In this document: positions 25,459-37,989 of the stretch, one piece after another
Layout of the letters: each line of letters begins with the position of its first letter
Numbering within the stretch: the stretch's first letter is position 1
Assembly: GCA_020137815.1 (NCBI GenBank)
Contig: CM035361.1
Location: 3,286,001-3,350,000, forward strand
Length of the DNA stretch: 64,000 nt
Direction of reading: 5' to 3'
Source: Hormiphora californensis
Lineage: Eukaryota; Animalia; Ctenophora
The notes under the pieces: model-generated
What the model was told of the DNA's origin: nothing
The model's input: only the letters and a program-made list of their open reading frames with translations
The model's database searches: none
Made by a program: the position numbers and the translations under genes

Positions 25459-26982
25459 ACACATTCTCTCTATCTATCTCTCTCGGCAACTCATTCTCAA
25501 TTTCAATTCGTCTCTTCTTTTTTCGGCCAGTTGTCTCTTGATACGCCTCTCTCTCTCTCTCTCCCTCTCTCTCAGCTAGCCACCATTTCTTCCTTCTTCT
25601 ACTTTAATTTTGTTTAAGTCATACCCCACAATTATTGTAAGCTAGCACGTATATATCTCTCTCGTTTATTTCTCAACAAGTACATAGCAACGAGCTGAGT
25701 TTTCAATCCAATGTCTCCAAATATTGTACTAACTGTCAGCCTTCTAGAACCCTCTAACTACTATCATAGCAACGCTGAGTTTTCAATCCAATATGTCTCC
25801 CGATCTATTGAACTGTGCTAACGGTATAACCCTCTTACTACTACTATAATTATAGCCCTAACACTGGTGTATTCTAGTCCGCATATGTCCAGCAGCCAGC
25901 TATATAGATTCTAGTTACAGTTGTCAGTTGTAGTGCATATTCTAGTTATAAGTTAACACCTTCCTCTACTATAATGTGCTGTGATAAAGAATGCTGACTG
26001 CCAGCCCACTTCTCAAACTTTCTCACATTCCAATTCCTGGCATCTATATGAGTGATGACTTATTCGAACTGAGTGCATATTATATATTGGCTTTGCTTCT
26101 TCGACACACCATTATATTGTACATTTTGACCGGGCAGTAACAAGCAGTCCTTGTACTTTAACATGTAGCAGACAAATCTGATGTTAAACTTCTCAATTCT
26201 AATTGATGGCCACTAAAGTTTTATGCTATAACATTCTATCCCCTCTAACACCCCTGACTATCACCCTATATTCTCTGACACCCCCTCCTCCAAGTCTAAC
26301 ACCCGGCCCCCTCTAACCCCCTCTATCTAACATGCACCCATCTAACCCTTCTAACCCCCTCTGATCCCCAGCTATGACCCCCCTTCTAACCCCAGCTCTG
26401 ATACTCTGATCAGGTAGGAGGTTGCTGTGTCCTCCACATGAGGGAGTTATGGCTGTGTTTCATCAACACCTACATAGCATCAGTATGTGCCATATTGGTC
26501 CTCTTGGGATGTCCCCTCGCTGCCATCGGGTCCCAGGTAAACCAAACACAGATAGCTCAGACGAGATATTACGACAGATCACATGGCTCTCTTTCCCCGT
26601 TCCCGTATGTTTTACATTTCTTTCCCCTTACAATCCGCCTTTAGAAGCCAAAGCCTTGCTTTGCTCGATCATCTCTCTGTCCTCAAAAGGATTTGAACAC
26701 AACAACCAAATTTACCTACAACCCGGCACCAAACCCTCAGTTATACCATGCTCCAAGGGGGAGAGAGGGTCCCAGCCCTTACTCAACATGCTACCACCAG
26801 CAATAAGTGCCATGCCCCCTGCACATAGTGTGATACGTTACCCTCCCCCTCCCACTCAGCGAGACGTAGATTGGGCCATGTATACGGGAATAGTAATGAT
26901 CAGTTGTGCCTTTGTGATAGCCCTCGTTGCCCCTGACTACAAACTTTTCTTTAAAGAGATGGTCGGAATTCCATTCAGGTAA
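24485..26982 (+). CDS. Small (~123 aa) protein with acidic N-terminus and C-terminal two-TM hairpin
   Basis: Exons 24485-24494 (ATG), 24740-24855, 26414-26536, 26860-26982 are in phase: MQSESCHTETVDG...DEEATDQVGGCCVLHMRELWLCFINTYIASVCAILVLLGCPLAAIGSQRDVDWAMYTGIVMISCAFVIALVAPDYKLFFKEMVGIPFR*. Confidence 0.75.
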
Positions 26983-27171
26983 ATAACATAGTAGTTTTAA
27001 TTTTAAACTTTGTATCTTGTCAACTTTTTTATGAAAGCTTCTGACAATATGTTGATTTAGTACATACCACTATATTATATACTGTAGTTTATCTTGTTAA
27101 TACCACCACCCCTCTCTCTCCGTTTTAGGAATACATTTGGATCATGCAAGTGTCTGAGGAACAGCCAAGTG

Positions 27172-27430
27172 AAAGCAACAATGAACTCTGCAGTGTGACA
27201 GAAACAACTCCCTGAATTCTGCAGTGTGACAGAAACAGCAATGAGCTCTGCAGTGTGACAGAAACAACAATGAATTCTGCTGCAGTGTGACAGAAACAAC
27301 CATGAACTCTGCAGTGTGACAGAAACAACTGGATGAACTCTGCTCCAGTACTGTGACAGAAACAACTGGATGAACCCTGCAGTGTGACAGAAACAGCAAT
27401 GAGCTCTGTAGTGTGACAGAAACAACAACT
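27172..27430. repeat. Minisatellite, ~28-34-bp unit, ~8-9 copies
   Basis: TGAACTCTGCAGTGTGACAGAAACAAC repeated. Confidence 0.9.
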
Positions 27431-27899
27431 TGGCACATCAGAGTTGACAGTTTTCAGAATGGGATGTATATCACTTGAGCGTGATTGATAGCGAATGCAT
27501 TTAATTTTGTTGATTCATTGAGGAGGTTTAAAAAAGCTTTTACAGATATTTTGTTCACATGCGCCTATTCTAATGTCTGTCGTTACAGTAGATCAGGGAG
27601 CTGGGCGACAGAGGGGGGAGGGAGAGAGGGAGAAAGAGAGGGTGGGGTCGTAGAAAATATTGAACTACGTACTAAGTTTTATGACAAAGTTAGATGTTAA
27701 AGAAGTCTCAGGGTATTTTTTCATCATATTATTATTATTCGAATTTTGTGCAGGGTACGTTTCAAAATGATGTGAATTAATAAATGCATGATTTTCAGTT
27801 TTTATTTATCAAAAAACCGTGTAAATTATTTGAATGAACAAACGTGAGGAGAACTCATTTAAATTTTACCCTAAAACACCTGTGAAATCTTGACCCTTA

Positions 27900-28457
27900 C
27901 ACGGCGTCATACACATTTTTATTTTGAATTTCATCTGGGATTTCTATTTGGAATTTCTATCTGGAAGAACCGCACGTGCAGATGCGCCGCGCCGCGGCTC
28001 AAATTCACCTGCGAGATTAAAGAGAGAGACGCACATTAACGTTGTACGTTTGTCTCTCACTCTCTCTTGAAAACCCGCACGTGCAGATGCGCCGCGCCGC
28101 GGCTCAAATTCACGTGCGTGTTATACAGATTCTGACAGAAAATAAAGTCCGATTTTTAATAATGTGAACGGGGGGCGCGCACTTAATTCCACTTAATTCC
28201 ATTTGCGCGTGCTAAGTTCTGTTTCTGACAATCTCAAGACTTGATCCCGGAAGTATCGGAAAGATAATTTTAAGACCTTTTCAATGCAACCAAGATCAAG
28301 TCTTTATCTTATCAGGAGCCGGAGATATGATCGAAACAACCTGAGAAAAATTTTCCCACGGTGCGTGGGAAAGTTTTTTGCGCGCCCCCGGTTCGCATTA
28401 TTAAAAATCGGACTTTACGAGCACAAAATTCCATATAAAAATGTGTATGACGGACTG
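27900..28457. mobile_element. MITE with TA-flanked TIRs and an internal inverted repeat
   Basis: TA|CACGGCGTCATACACATTTTTAT ... ATAAAAATGTGTATGACGGACTG|TA. Internal IR 28124-28161 / 28379-28416; direct repeat 27968-28013 / 28074-28118. Confidence 0.7.
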
Positions 28458-28506
28458 TAACCCCTACTGTAACTCTGATTTTGATAGACCTTCGGCCAGG
28501 GCCTAT

Positions 28507-29256
28507 GGGTCACCACACACCAAAGTTAAAATTAAAATTAAAATTTTGATTTTAAAGTGAGAGTGGACCGGATCAGAATTGGACAAGTTTGTTGTAGGTA
28601 ATAGAGATTAGCTTTCTGAGCATTTTGTGTTTTTGCCGCTCAAAATCGACCCACTCATCACTGAGATATTTTTGTTATGTTGGGAGAATTCCTGCTGGAT
28701 CAATATTTAACAAACAGGATAGAAACAATCCTTGTGTTTTACTAACACATTCTTTAAATTTTTGATATGCTGGCTTGCATTGCCCTGCTTCTGTGCATGG
28801 ACATGTCAACCTCACTGCTGATATTCAGAATGTGTTAGTAAAACACCACGATTGTTTCTATTCTGTTTTATACATACTGATTAAACAGGAGTTCTCCCAA
28901 CATAACAAAAATATCTCAGTGATGGGTGGGTCGATTTTGAGCGGCAAAAACGCAAAATGCTCAGAAAGCTAATCTCTACTACCTACAACAAACTTGTCCA
29001 ATTCTGATTCGGTCCACTCTCACTTTAAACCCGCACACACCAGCGGCCGATAAGATTTCTCTCCCCCATTCTAAAAGTAACAATCTCGCGCGCGATTTTG
29101 ACGGCGTGTTAAAATTTTGTCATCCAACGCGACCGTCAAAATCGTGCGTGAGATCGTTACTTTTAGAATGGAGAGAGAAATTTTAACGGCCGCTGGTGTG
29201 TGCGGGTTTAAAATCAAAATTTTAATTTTAATTTTAACTTTGGTGTGTGGTGACCC
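28507..29256. mobile_element. Nested palindromic MITEs joined at TTAA sites
   Basis: Outer TIR GGGTCACCACACACCAAAGTTAAAATT... Inner palindromes 28556-29024 (AGTGAGAG..CTCTCACT) and 29029-29207 (ACCCGCAC..GTGCGGGT), each bounded by TTAA. Confidence 0.85.
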
Positions 29257-29395
29257 TAAATAGACTTCACTTTAGCTTTATGTAGTAGTACATACAAAAC
29301 CGCTTTTTTACCCAGACCCTTCCTCGGGGCTTGAGCAGTGTGATTTGGCCTTCGCTCAGTCTATATATAAGCAAATTGAAGAACTATAGGGTCAC

Positions 29396-30054
29396 TTGGT
29401 GACATAGACACCGTGCGCGACCAAGATTGAGCTCACACAGGTGTCTGCTCCGCCCCAAAAAGGGTCGTTTCTTTCAAGGGATGTTGCACGCGATCCACTG
29501 GACCGATTTGCATCCGGTTTGTCGCAAAAGACTACAAATGATCCTAATATACTGGAAAATACCCGAGAAGTTTTTCTGTCAACAGGAAGTGGGTCAAAAT
29601 TGACACTGAAGTCAAATCTATATTCTGGCTTCCGAGAGTTTCTGCACTACGCCCATGCGATTTAGAAGATATTGGGAGATATGTTGATGCAATAAGCATC
29701 AGCTATTAATGCCGGGTATTTTCCAGTACTCACAAGAGTTCAACCTATCTTCTGATTCCCTCAGATTCATTCTGAACCGTCTGGGAGTGGTGCAAAAAGG
29801 CTCAGAAGCCAGATTAGTATTACAGATTTGACTTCAGTGTCAATTTTGACCCACTTCCTGTTGACAAACAAACTTCTCGGGTATTTTCCAGTATATTAGG
29901 ATCAATTTGTAGTCTTTTGCGACAAACCGGATGCAAATCGGTCCAGTGGATCGCGTGCAATTTGGCTTGAAAGACACGACCCTTTTTTTAGGGGGCGGAG
30001 CGGACACCTATGTGCGAGCTCGATCTCGCACGCACTAGGTGTCAATGTCACCAA
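29396..30054. mobile_element. Foldback MITE with 9-bp TSD (Mutator-like)
   Basis: TIR TTGGTGACAT(A/T)GACACC; TSD TAGGGTCAC on both sides; ~240-bp paired arms. Confidence 0.88.
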
Positions 30055-30380
30055 TAGGGTCACCAGACCGTATTCCTCAGGGCGTAAAAAGTGTGCTTTG
30101 GCCCTTGCTCAATCTGCTATATTGTCTGATCGCGCTATATATAGCAGATTGAGAAAAGTGACTAGTTCGGAAATATATAGCAGATCAAGCTGCTAGGAAA
30201 GTGCATGAGCTAGTCGAATCTAAACAGCTGGCACACTCAGTGAGCGTGCTCGGCAATATAGCAGGCTTGGTTGCCAGGTTGAGGAAAGGGTCTATACATA
30301 GTTTGAAATCATAACAGATCATATATATGAACATGAAGGCTAGGCTAGTTGTAGAAAATTAACAGCAGTTGCTCACTTAC

Positions 30381-31286
30381 CGGGACGTTCCAGTAAAGAG
30401 GGATCGATTTGGTAGACACTGTTTCGAGATCTCCTTGTTCCTGGGGAATTAGAGAGGGTGGTTAGAATATTATTGAAATCAACTTTGATAAAACTTAAAT
30501 CTGAAATTTGTTAAGAATTTTTTAAATTTTATTGGTTGTAAATTTGGCCACGCGGTTAATTGGTTTTTATACAGGCAATAGAGACCTAATCTAAACAATA
30601 ATAAATTACCATAACAATTATTTAATTTGTAACCTAATTAACTTATTGCAATTACCATGAACTATGGAGCGGTACTGATCACACGGGTCCCGAGGCGGCG
30701 TATTGACCATTACGGGCGAGGCAGTACTGCATCGGGGACCAGGGGAGGGGGACCGGGATAGGGATGTTCTGAGAGATATAAAGGAGAGATAGGGGAGAGA
30801 TGCAGTGCAGATGCAGTTGTTTTGATGTCGTGGTAAAGAACTAAATAAAATACTCATTCACTTAAGATACTTTATGCATCCAAAGCAGTGAAGCTGATTT
30901 ATCAGTTTTTTGTCTCTCACACAGTTTGGTTTCTTAGTGGTCTGTCCATGTCTCTAAATTTCGTCTATCTGTCTGATTCTGTCTCTAAGTTTGGTCTGTA
31001 TGTCTCTAAGTTTGATCTATCTGTCTCTGCAGTCTGTCTGTCTCTAAGTTTGGTCTGTCTCTCAGTTTGGACTGTCTGTTTGGACTGTCTGTTTCTATAA
31101 GTTTGGTCTGTGATCTGTCTCTAAATGTGGTCTGTCTGTCTCTAAGTCTGTCTCTATGTTCCTGCCTCATCACCTGCTAGCTGATAACAATGACCGTGTG
31201 TCAGCACGGCTCAACCTCCCGGCCCTTCGAGGCACCCTCGGGGAACTGGGCTCAACGTTAATGTGAGGAGTAGGAAGGTGACTCAT
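30381..31286 (-). CDS. Ser/Pro/Arg-rich hypothetical protein (3' end not resolved)
   Basis: Exons 31286-31174 (ATG), 30768-30656 and 30440-30381 have canonical sites and compatible phases: MSHLPTPHINVEPSSPRVPRR...RTSLSRSPSPGPR...GTRRSRNSVYQIDPSLLERP. Confidence 0.5.
30950..31160. repeat. Degenerate TCTGTCTCTAAGTTTGG minisatellite in an intron
   Basis: Repeated motif immediately downstream of the minus-strand donor at 31173. Confidence 0.8.
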
Positions 31287-32419
31287 GTTCTTTCGACTAA
31301 AATGTTGCGAGTACATAATTTGAATTGTTCGGAGCACGCGGGACACAGTGTCAGCACGAACAGTGTTAAGCGAATCTTAACGAGTTATTGTAACGTGTTT
31401 CTAGCTGAGTCTGGGCGGGATGTTGCTGCTTAGTTGTTTCATCGTAGAAAACAAGCTGTTGCAAACAATACAGTGCCCCCACAATACTAATCCTAACAAG
31501 CATCTAATGAGCCGCAATGTTCAAATACCACAACAGTTTGGCACACGTACGCTGGTAATTGCGTCAAGCTTTGTTGAGTAAGTCTCACCCCTTACTCAAC
31601 AAGCCAAGCTGGTATCTTGAGTTGCAGAAGGGTAAATGTCTCACCGAAAGCGTGCAAAGGAGGAAGGGTGGGCTTGGGGGAAGAATTGAAGAGAATAAAG
31701 AAGGGGGTGAAGGAAAAGGGCAATTGTACAGGGTAGCTGCTGCAGGGATTATAATTAATTAACAGACCCGCGGACCGTACTGGATGGAGGTAAAGAGTAC
31801 TTAGAGTTGTACACATGTGCAGCTGGCACGTGCTGCACCAAACTACGACTAAATTTAACTATGTACGTGAACTCTCTTGGATAATCGAATTCAAGTTATA
31901 TTATGAGTACTGAATACATATAATAGTTTAGTTTTTGATCCGTTCAAGTTATCTAGTAGTTTGACTTCAAATAGGATCTGTCAGAGCATTGGCCTGACAG
32001 AGTAGGATACAAATGGAGGGTTAAACGATGATGCTATAAACAGTTCCGTTGCAGTACCAGGCAAAAGTAAGATCGAGACTTTTGTTACAGTACTAGGCCA
32101 AAATAAGATCGAGAGCTGTACAAAACCAAAACCATTAATTGTAGTTTTCTTGGAATTTACAGTATCCTCAATAACTATGCGGTGGAAAGGAGGAAGTGGA
32201 AAGTAGGGTGTATTGGGAGATAGAGAGAGAGAGAGAGGGAAAGAGAGGAGTACTGGTAGGGGAGAGAGAGGGACAGGGAACATGAGCAGAGCGATTATTT
32301 CTAGCAGGATTCATTATATTAGGGGTATACTAGGACATAGGAGAATTGGGCCAAGAATGTTTGGTTCAATCGACAGTAAGCCAACAGTTAACATCCGGAC
32401 ACGTTAAGATAGCGAGAAA

Positions 32420-32562
<143 letters not shown>

Positions 32563-32818
32563 AAAGAAAAACGAAGAACCAAGAAGGAGCTGGATAGAGC
32601 GCAAGGGATCAGGAAGTCGTTACTAGCTTATACTCTCTTAGTAGCTAGAACTGACACGATCATCATCACGAACTTGTCCTATCAGTTTTAATCGACCAGC
32701 TTGTGACTCAAATTTAAAATTTTCAGAAATTATGACATAATGATTTCGATGATGTGTTCTACGAATACTGCAGGCAAATGAAGATTCCCGTCAGTAAGAG
32801 AGAGCTTGTAAAGTGTAA

Positions 32819-33833
32819 CTAGTAACTAGTAGGTAATGACCCTTGGTAACAGTTCAACAGTATATCATGACCCCAATTATTGGTACGGCCTGTCTGGATC
32901 TGTTCTCGACAGACAAGGACGGATCCGTTCTGTATATCATTCCAATTTCCCAGTCTCGGACTGGCCCTACAACGTAAATGGGTGACTTCGTAACCAAGGT
33001 TAGAACATAAAAACAGCACTTACCTCTTTCACCGCGTAAAGGATTAGGGTTACAATCTAACATGAAACAGCACTTTCCACGGTATGGGCAGCACTTACCG
33101 CTCATTAATCTGCTCCCTCTGAAATAGCACTTACCACGAATAAAGCTGCTCCTTGAAATGCTCCTCGACAATGATTTCTGTCGGTGGTCCTGTATAAGGG
33201 ATCCCCCAGCTCCAAAGATAATGCCACTCCCAAACGTTTCCATCCTGGTGAAGGACGGACCCACCTTGGAGGGAGATAGAGATATGACTCAGTGCTGACT
33301 TTGGAGGGAGAGATGTGAACTTAAAGGATGGACCCACCTTGGAGGGAGAGATGTGAAGGGGACTCAGTGCTGACTTTGGAGGGGGGAGATATGAAGGATG
33401 GACCCACCTTGAAGGGAGATAGAGATATGAAGTGGACTCAGTGCTGACTTTGGAGGGAGAGATGTGAAGGACGGACCCACCTTGGAGGGAGAGATGTGAA
33501 CTTGAAGGGGACTCAGTGCTGACTTTGGAGGGAGAGATGTAAAGGGGACTCAGTGCTGACTTTGGAGGGAGAGATGTGAATTTGAAGGACGGACCCACCT
33601 GTGAAGCTGGGATAAGCCATAGAGACTGCTGGTCTTGCAAGCTAGAGATTATTTTATCACGTGCAAAAATGGAAAGCTGTATGAGCGAAATATCTGGTTT
33701 CTGTCTCTTGAGGGCTCGTTTGGTAGAAGATATTGCTTACCTGTCCAGGCTGGTCAACAGAAGTAGCCTCACTGATCTTCTTCTGTCGTTGAAAATTGGG
33801 CCTCTTCAGAAGCGCTACTCGATCCTCGGCCAT
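32819..33833 (-). CDS. Hypothetical ~137-aa Trp-rich protein, four exons
   Basis: Exons 33833-33741 (ATG), 33641-33599, 33264-33135, 32966-32819 (TAG) are in phase: MAEDRVALLKRPNF...AYPSFTGGSVLHQDGNVWEWHYLWSWGIPYTGPPTEIIVEEHFKEQLYSWASPRLGNWNDIQNGSVLVC...PTSY*. An alternative acceptor at 33245-33246 gives a shorter product. Confidence 0.6.
33249..33600. repeat. Compound tandem repeat filling an entire intron
   Basis: Alternating GAAGGACGGACCCACCTTGGAGGGAG and GACTCAGTGCTGACTTTGGAGGGAG units. Confidence 0.9.
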
Positions 33834-33894
33834 GTCAACCAAATTCGAAACAGTATAGGACTGCAGCGGAAGCGTGGATCAGCAATTAACAAGA

Positions 33895-34622
33895 TAGGGT
33901 AGAAAGGGGTAAAATGGCACACTTTCTAACGTTTTAGGTTCTAAAATACTCAATTTATACAGCAAGAAGAAAAAAATTATATAGGCTATCCAATGAAACG
34001 TTTTCCTTTCAGACGAGCTAAATTTTAAAATCTGAAAGTTTTATTTAATAGCTTAATTAATCAATTCAAAAAGTTTGGTAGGGCTTTTTTTGGAAATTTT
34101 GCACTGGGGTAAAATGGTCCAGCCAATAGCATTGCTCGATTTTTATCACGTGCCTGGTGTTGTTAGAGCACTGGGGTAAAATGGTCCATGTTATCTTCAG
34201 TAATTTCTGTTCTGCTGGACCATTTTACCCCAGTGTGCTGGACCATTTTACCCCAGTTGGTATCACGTGGTATTGGAGGCTCGATTTCATTGGTCCCAGG
34301 GTGAACCATTTTACCCCAGCGAGGGTGAACCATTTTACCCCAGTTTGACTAATTTGACAATTTAATCAACTTAATAGTGGGTTTTTTGAAAAATTTTTAT
34401 ACCAAGTTTTAGAAGGATAAAAACCCTAACTGGCAGTTTTTGCAAAATTAAAATCGGCCAACTCAAACAGAAATTACAGCAGTTTTAAAGCAAAAATTCG
34501 GAACAGAACGAGCAGGTCTCCGCTGGAGAAAAAGTCACGTGACTACATGTAATAACTAGGACCATTTTACCCCATACATGTGCCATTTTACCCCGTGTGC
34601 CATTTTACCCCTTTCTACCCTA
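33895..34622. mobile_element. MITE with 27-bp TIR and repeated ACCATTTTACCCC motifs
   Basis: TAGGGTAGAAAGGGGTAAAATGGCACA / TGTGCCATTTTACCCCTTTCTACCCTA; about nine internal copies of the TIR core. Confidence 0.85.
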
Positions 34623-36762
34623 GACAACGATATAATGGTACTAAATCAAATAAATTGACAGAAGCTTTCGAGATCACTGTGTATCACGTCTTCAGCTACA
34701 ACAAGTCAGATCAAAGTGATAGAAGACAAATATTTGGCGATGATCAATAGAAAGGCGCATAATGAGACCAATTAAAAATAATTATGTTCATGACAAAACA
34801 CATAACTTCTTCTCTAAGAAACAAGCGAGCATTTATTGGGTAGTTGGAAGGAACTAATAAAGTGTCATTTAATAGGCAGTGGGTTGGAAGGAACTAATAT
34901 AGTTTCACCCAATGAGTAGTTGGATCTCAAAGCTCTCTCTTTCTCTCCGAAGTGCAGTCACATGGGCCTCTCTCTCAGTAGATATTTAGCTTCTCTCCCC
35001 CTATTAACAGGGTAATATATGGACCAGTCACACAGAAGTTCTATAGGAACACTGCACTTTATAGAGCTGTTAGGAATTAATTAATGATAGAAAAAGAGAG
35101 AGGGAGAAAAACTAGAAGAGCAATAGAGCATGTTTAGCAGAAAAGAACTTCACACCACTAAATAAGCTCTTCTCCGGGAGAAGAATAAATGTCAGATCTA
35201 GTGTAACAATGGTTGCTTCCGTGAGTATCCATCCAGCACTTTCTCTCTCTCTCTCTGACTAGTGACTATCTCTCTCTGATCTCTCAAGTACTATCTAGCA
35301 CTATCTCTCTGATCTCTCAAATACTATCCCCCTATCTAGCACTATCTCGCTCTGATCTCTCAAGTACTATCCCCGGCCTATCTAGCACTCCCTTTGTCAA
35401 TATCGCTAGACATATTTCAAGGAACGAACGATATACAGCTGAGACGGACCACTACTACTGGATCGTATAAGATGACGGCTCACAACATGTACAACACACG
35501 TCTAGCTGACAGGCGTGAGAGGAGGAACATGTGTAATTAATAGGCTGTTCACAATTAATACTACTGCAGTCTTCATAATACAAGGGAGGACTGCCTGTCA
35601 TGGGAGAGAGTCTGAACAGATACAATAATTTGCCTAGCTCGACTCCCCTTTTTGCGAGCTCCTTTTACAAATGTAAAGGAGGGTTAGAACATAACAAACA
35701 ATAATAAGGTATAGGAGCGTATAAAATGAATAGAATCCCCCTACTGGAACAGCAGTTATAGCTAGTAGCTTGCCTAGCTCAACCCCTTTTTTCGCGAGGG
35801 TTAGAGCTGGTTAGACCATAACAAATAGCAGCTACTTCTTCAGGTATTTTGTCGACTTATCAGCTAATGTACAGAGAGAGTAGGAGCTGCAGGACACAAA
35901 ATTCTCATGCGATATAACTATAATATGTCTGTAACAATTTATAACTTTTAATTGTGTGAGTTTTAACTGGACGATTAGAATTGGACAACTCGTCTAATTA
36001 TTGTTAGATCTGCTCTGAGAACAAAAACCTAATTTGCAACAGAAGCACATAGTAAAGAGCTGATGATAATAAAAGATCTCATATAAAACTCTCATTGGTC
36101 ATTTTCCTAGCGTGTGCCAAACCCGTTCCCGTGTTTGAAAGAAAGGGTCAGGGTGTGTACCATGGTATACCAGACTCAATTTGACTTGTATTGGCAATAA
36201 GGTATTCCGACGATTTAAGGCAAGGAGGTGTTCTGACAGCTAGGATGGCGGGCTAGCTAGCTATTACACACAAAAGCAACTGACAACATTTGATCAAAGA
36301 AGAGGCATCTAATATAATACCGCACGATCGAAGACTGGAGAGGAGGGGTTTCAATTAATCAACAAACTCCAGTATGTAGTTGTCCGTCTCCCTAAATATT
36401 TGATCACGCGTCGAAGTGAGTAGATGTCAGTCGTGCACTTCATGAGTGCATGAAGCTTCATTTCTAGTATTACAAATAACATCTAGGTGTATGTAGAAGA
36501 GACCACAAGGTCTTTTTGATGAAATTTAGATGATACAAATTTTTGAACTTGGAAATTTTCTTGCTTTCGAAGCTACAAATCACTAAATCGAATTACCAAA
36601 ATAATAAATCAACCGCCAGCGTATCACAGACCCGTCCTCTGAAAGAAGGGTCGATACGCCAGAATACTAAAGCAATGGAGGGGAAAACAGTCGTACCCGA
36701 GATCTCAGATTTCAGTGACGGCTATTCCCTTAAATCTCAAAATATCAAAACAATGTACTTAC

Positions 36763-36934
36763 TCATTTCCTGAAGGAGTCTCATGGTCTCAGTGATTCCC
36801 GTACTAGCACTGAACAGGTCAGCAGCTGTTGATTTGCTTCTTTGCATTGGAGACGGTTTGGTAAGATCCATTTCCTTGCCCTCCAGGACTTTGGGTGGTA
36901 GTGCCACTGATTTCACCTTACCCCAACTTGCCAT
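36763..36934 (-). CDS. Probable exon of an unresolved gene
   Basis: Open frame MASWGKVKSVALPPKVLEGKEMDLTKPSPMQRSKS...RLLQEM ending at a GTAAGT donor; neighbouring exons not assigned. Confidence 0.35.
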
Positions 36935-37755
36935 GGTGATGTATAACTCTGGGTACTGGGATATTATCTGGGTTTAACTATAAATGTTATATAGTGTCGA
37001 CAGATGTTATCAATAGCAAATACCAGTTTCAACATAGTAGTTAGTAGGCCAAGATGTTGTGTATTTCAATATTTCTGTCAGCTTGTACAATTTATAAAGC
37101 TGTTACAGAACAAAAGAGCAACTGGTATATTGTAATTGTATCTGGATACGGTACCAAAGTACTTAGTATGTAAAGGTAGAGACTATGGATAGCTAGGTCG
37201 CGTAATGAAGGGAAAGCAAAACTGGTAAAGGTTATCTAAATTCTAAACAAAAGAGCTGCAGCTAGGTCATTTGAACCACGAATTGGGGAGTAACCCTTAG
37301 CAACAGAATTCAGAACTCAGCAACACACATGTGTTCCTACTCGTATCTCTCACTTTTGTAAACATTTCATTTATGCCTAAGCATTTCAAATTTATGCTAA
37401 TGTCCCTAAACGAAAAATGTTTCCACGACTTCTCTCTAATTATTTTTCATATCTCTCTCTTTCTCCCACTACTCTCTCTTTTTCTCTTCCGTGATCTTTA
37501 TCTGACGTATATTTTGCCTGAACTTATATAAGTACATGATCTTCTCTCTCTATACTCTCTCTCTTTCTCTCTCTCTCTCTTTCTCTCTCTCTCCCTCTCT
37601 CTCTCTCTCTGATATTCATCCGTCTATCTCTCTTTCCCTCTCTCTCTCAGGATCACCGACACACATTTGGAAACCGTTTGGCAAATGCGCTTACAGCAGA
37701 TTTCGAGTGGTTCGTGGGATAGTTTAGAGAGAGAAAGAGAAAGAGAGATAGATAG

Positions 37756-37799
<44 letters not shown>

Positions 37800-37989
37800 C
37801 GAAAAAGAGAGAGACTTTCAGTAGAGACTCCAGTATAATAGAGGAGAAGATCGGAACGATGAAATAAATAGCAGACATTAGAGACATGTTGACCTGGATT
37901 ATAGTGCAGGATAAAAGCAGCAACAACAGCATCATACCAGTGCTATGCAGAAATTTAAAAATGAAACAGTAAATCTTTAAAGAATTTAA

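Noticed and set aside
26422-26982. 186-aa single-exon ORF
   Set aside because: Better explained as two exons in different frames separated by intron 26537-26859.
27172-27430. Regular repeats resembling a CRISPR array (also 47866-48157)
   Set aside because: No unique spacers, no cas genes and a eukaryotic context; these are minisatellites.
30381-30440. PNRSLF..TGTS similarity to the P450 in one frame
   Set aside because: Too short, no other P450 motifs, and not the frame implied by the upstream exon.
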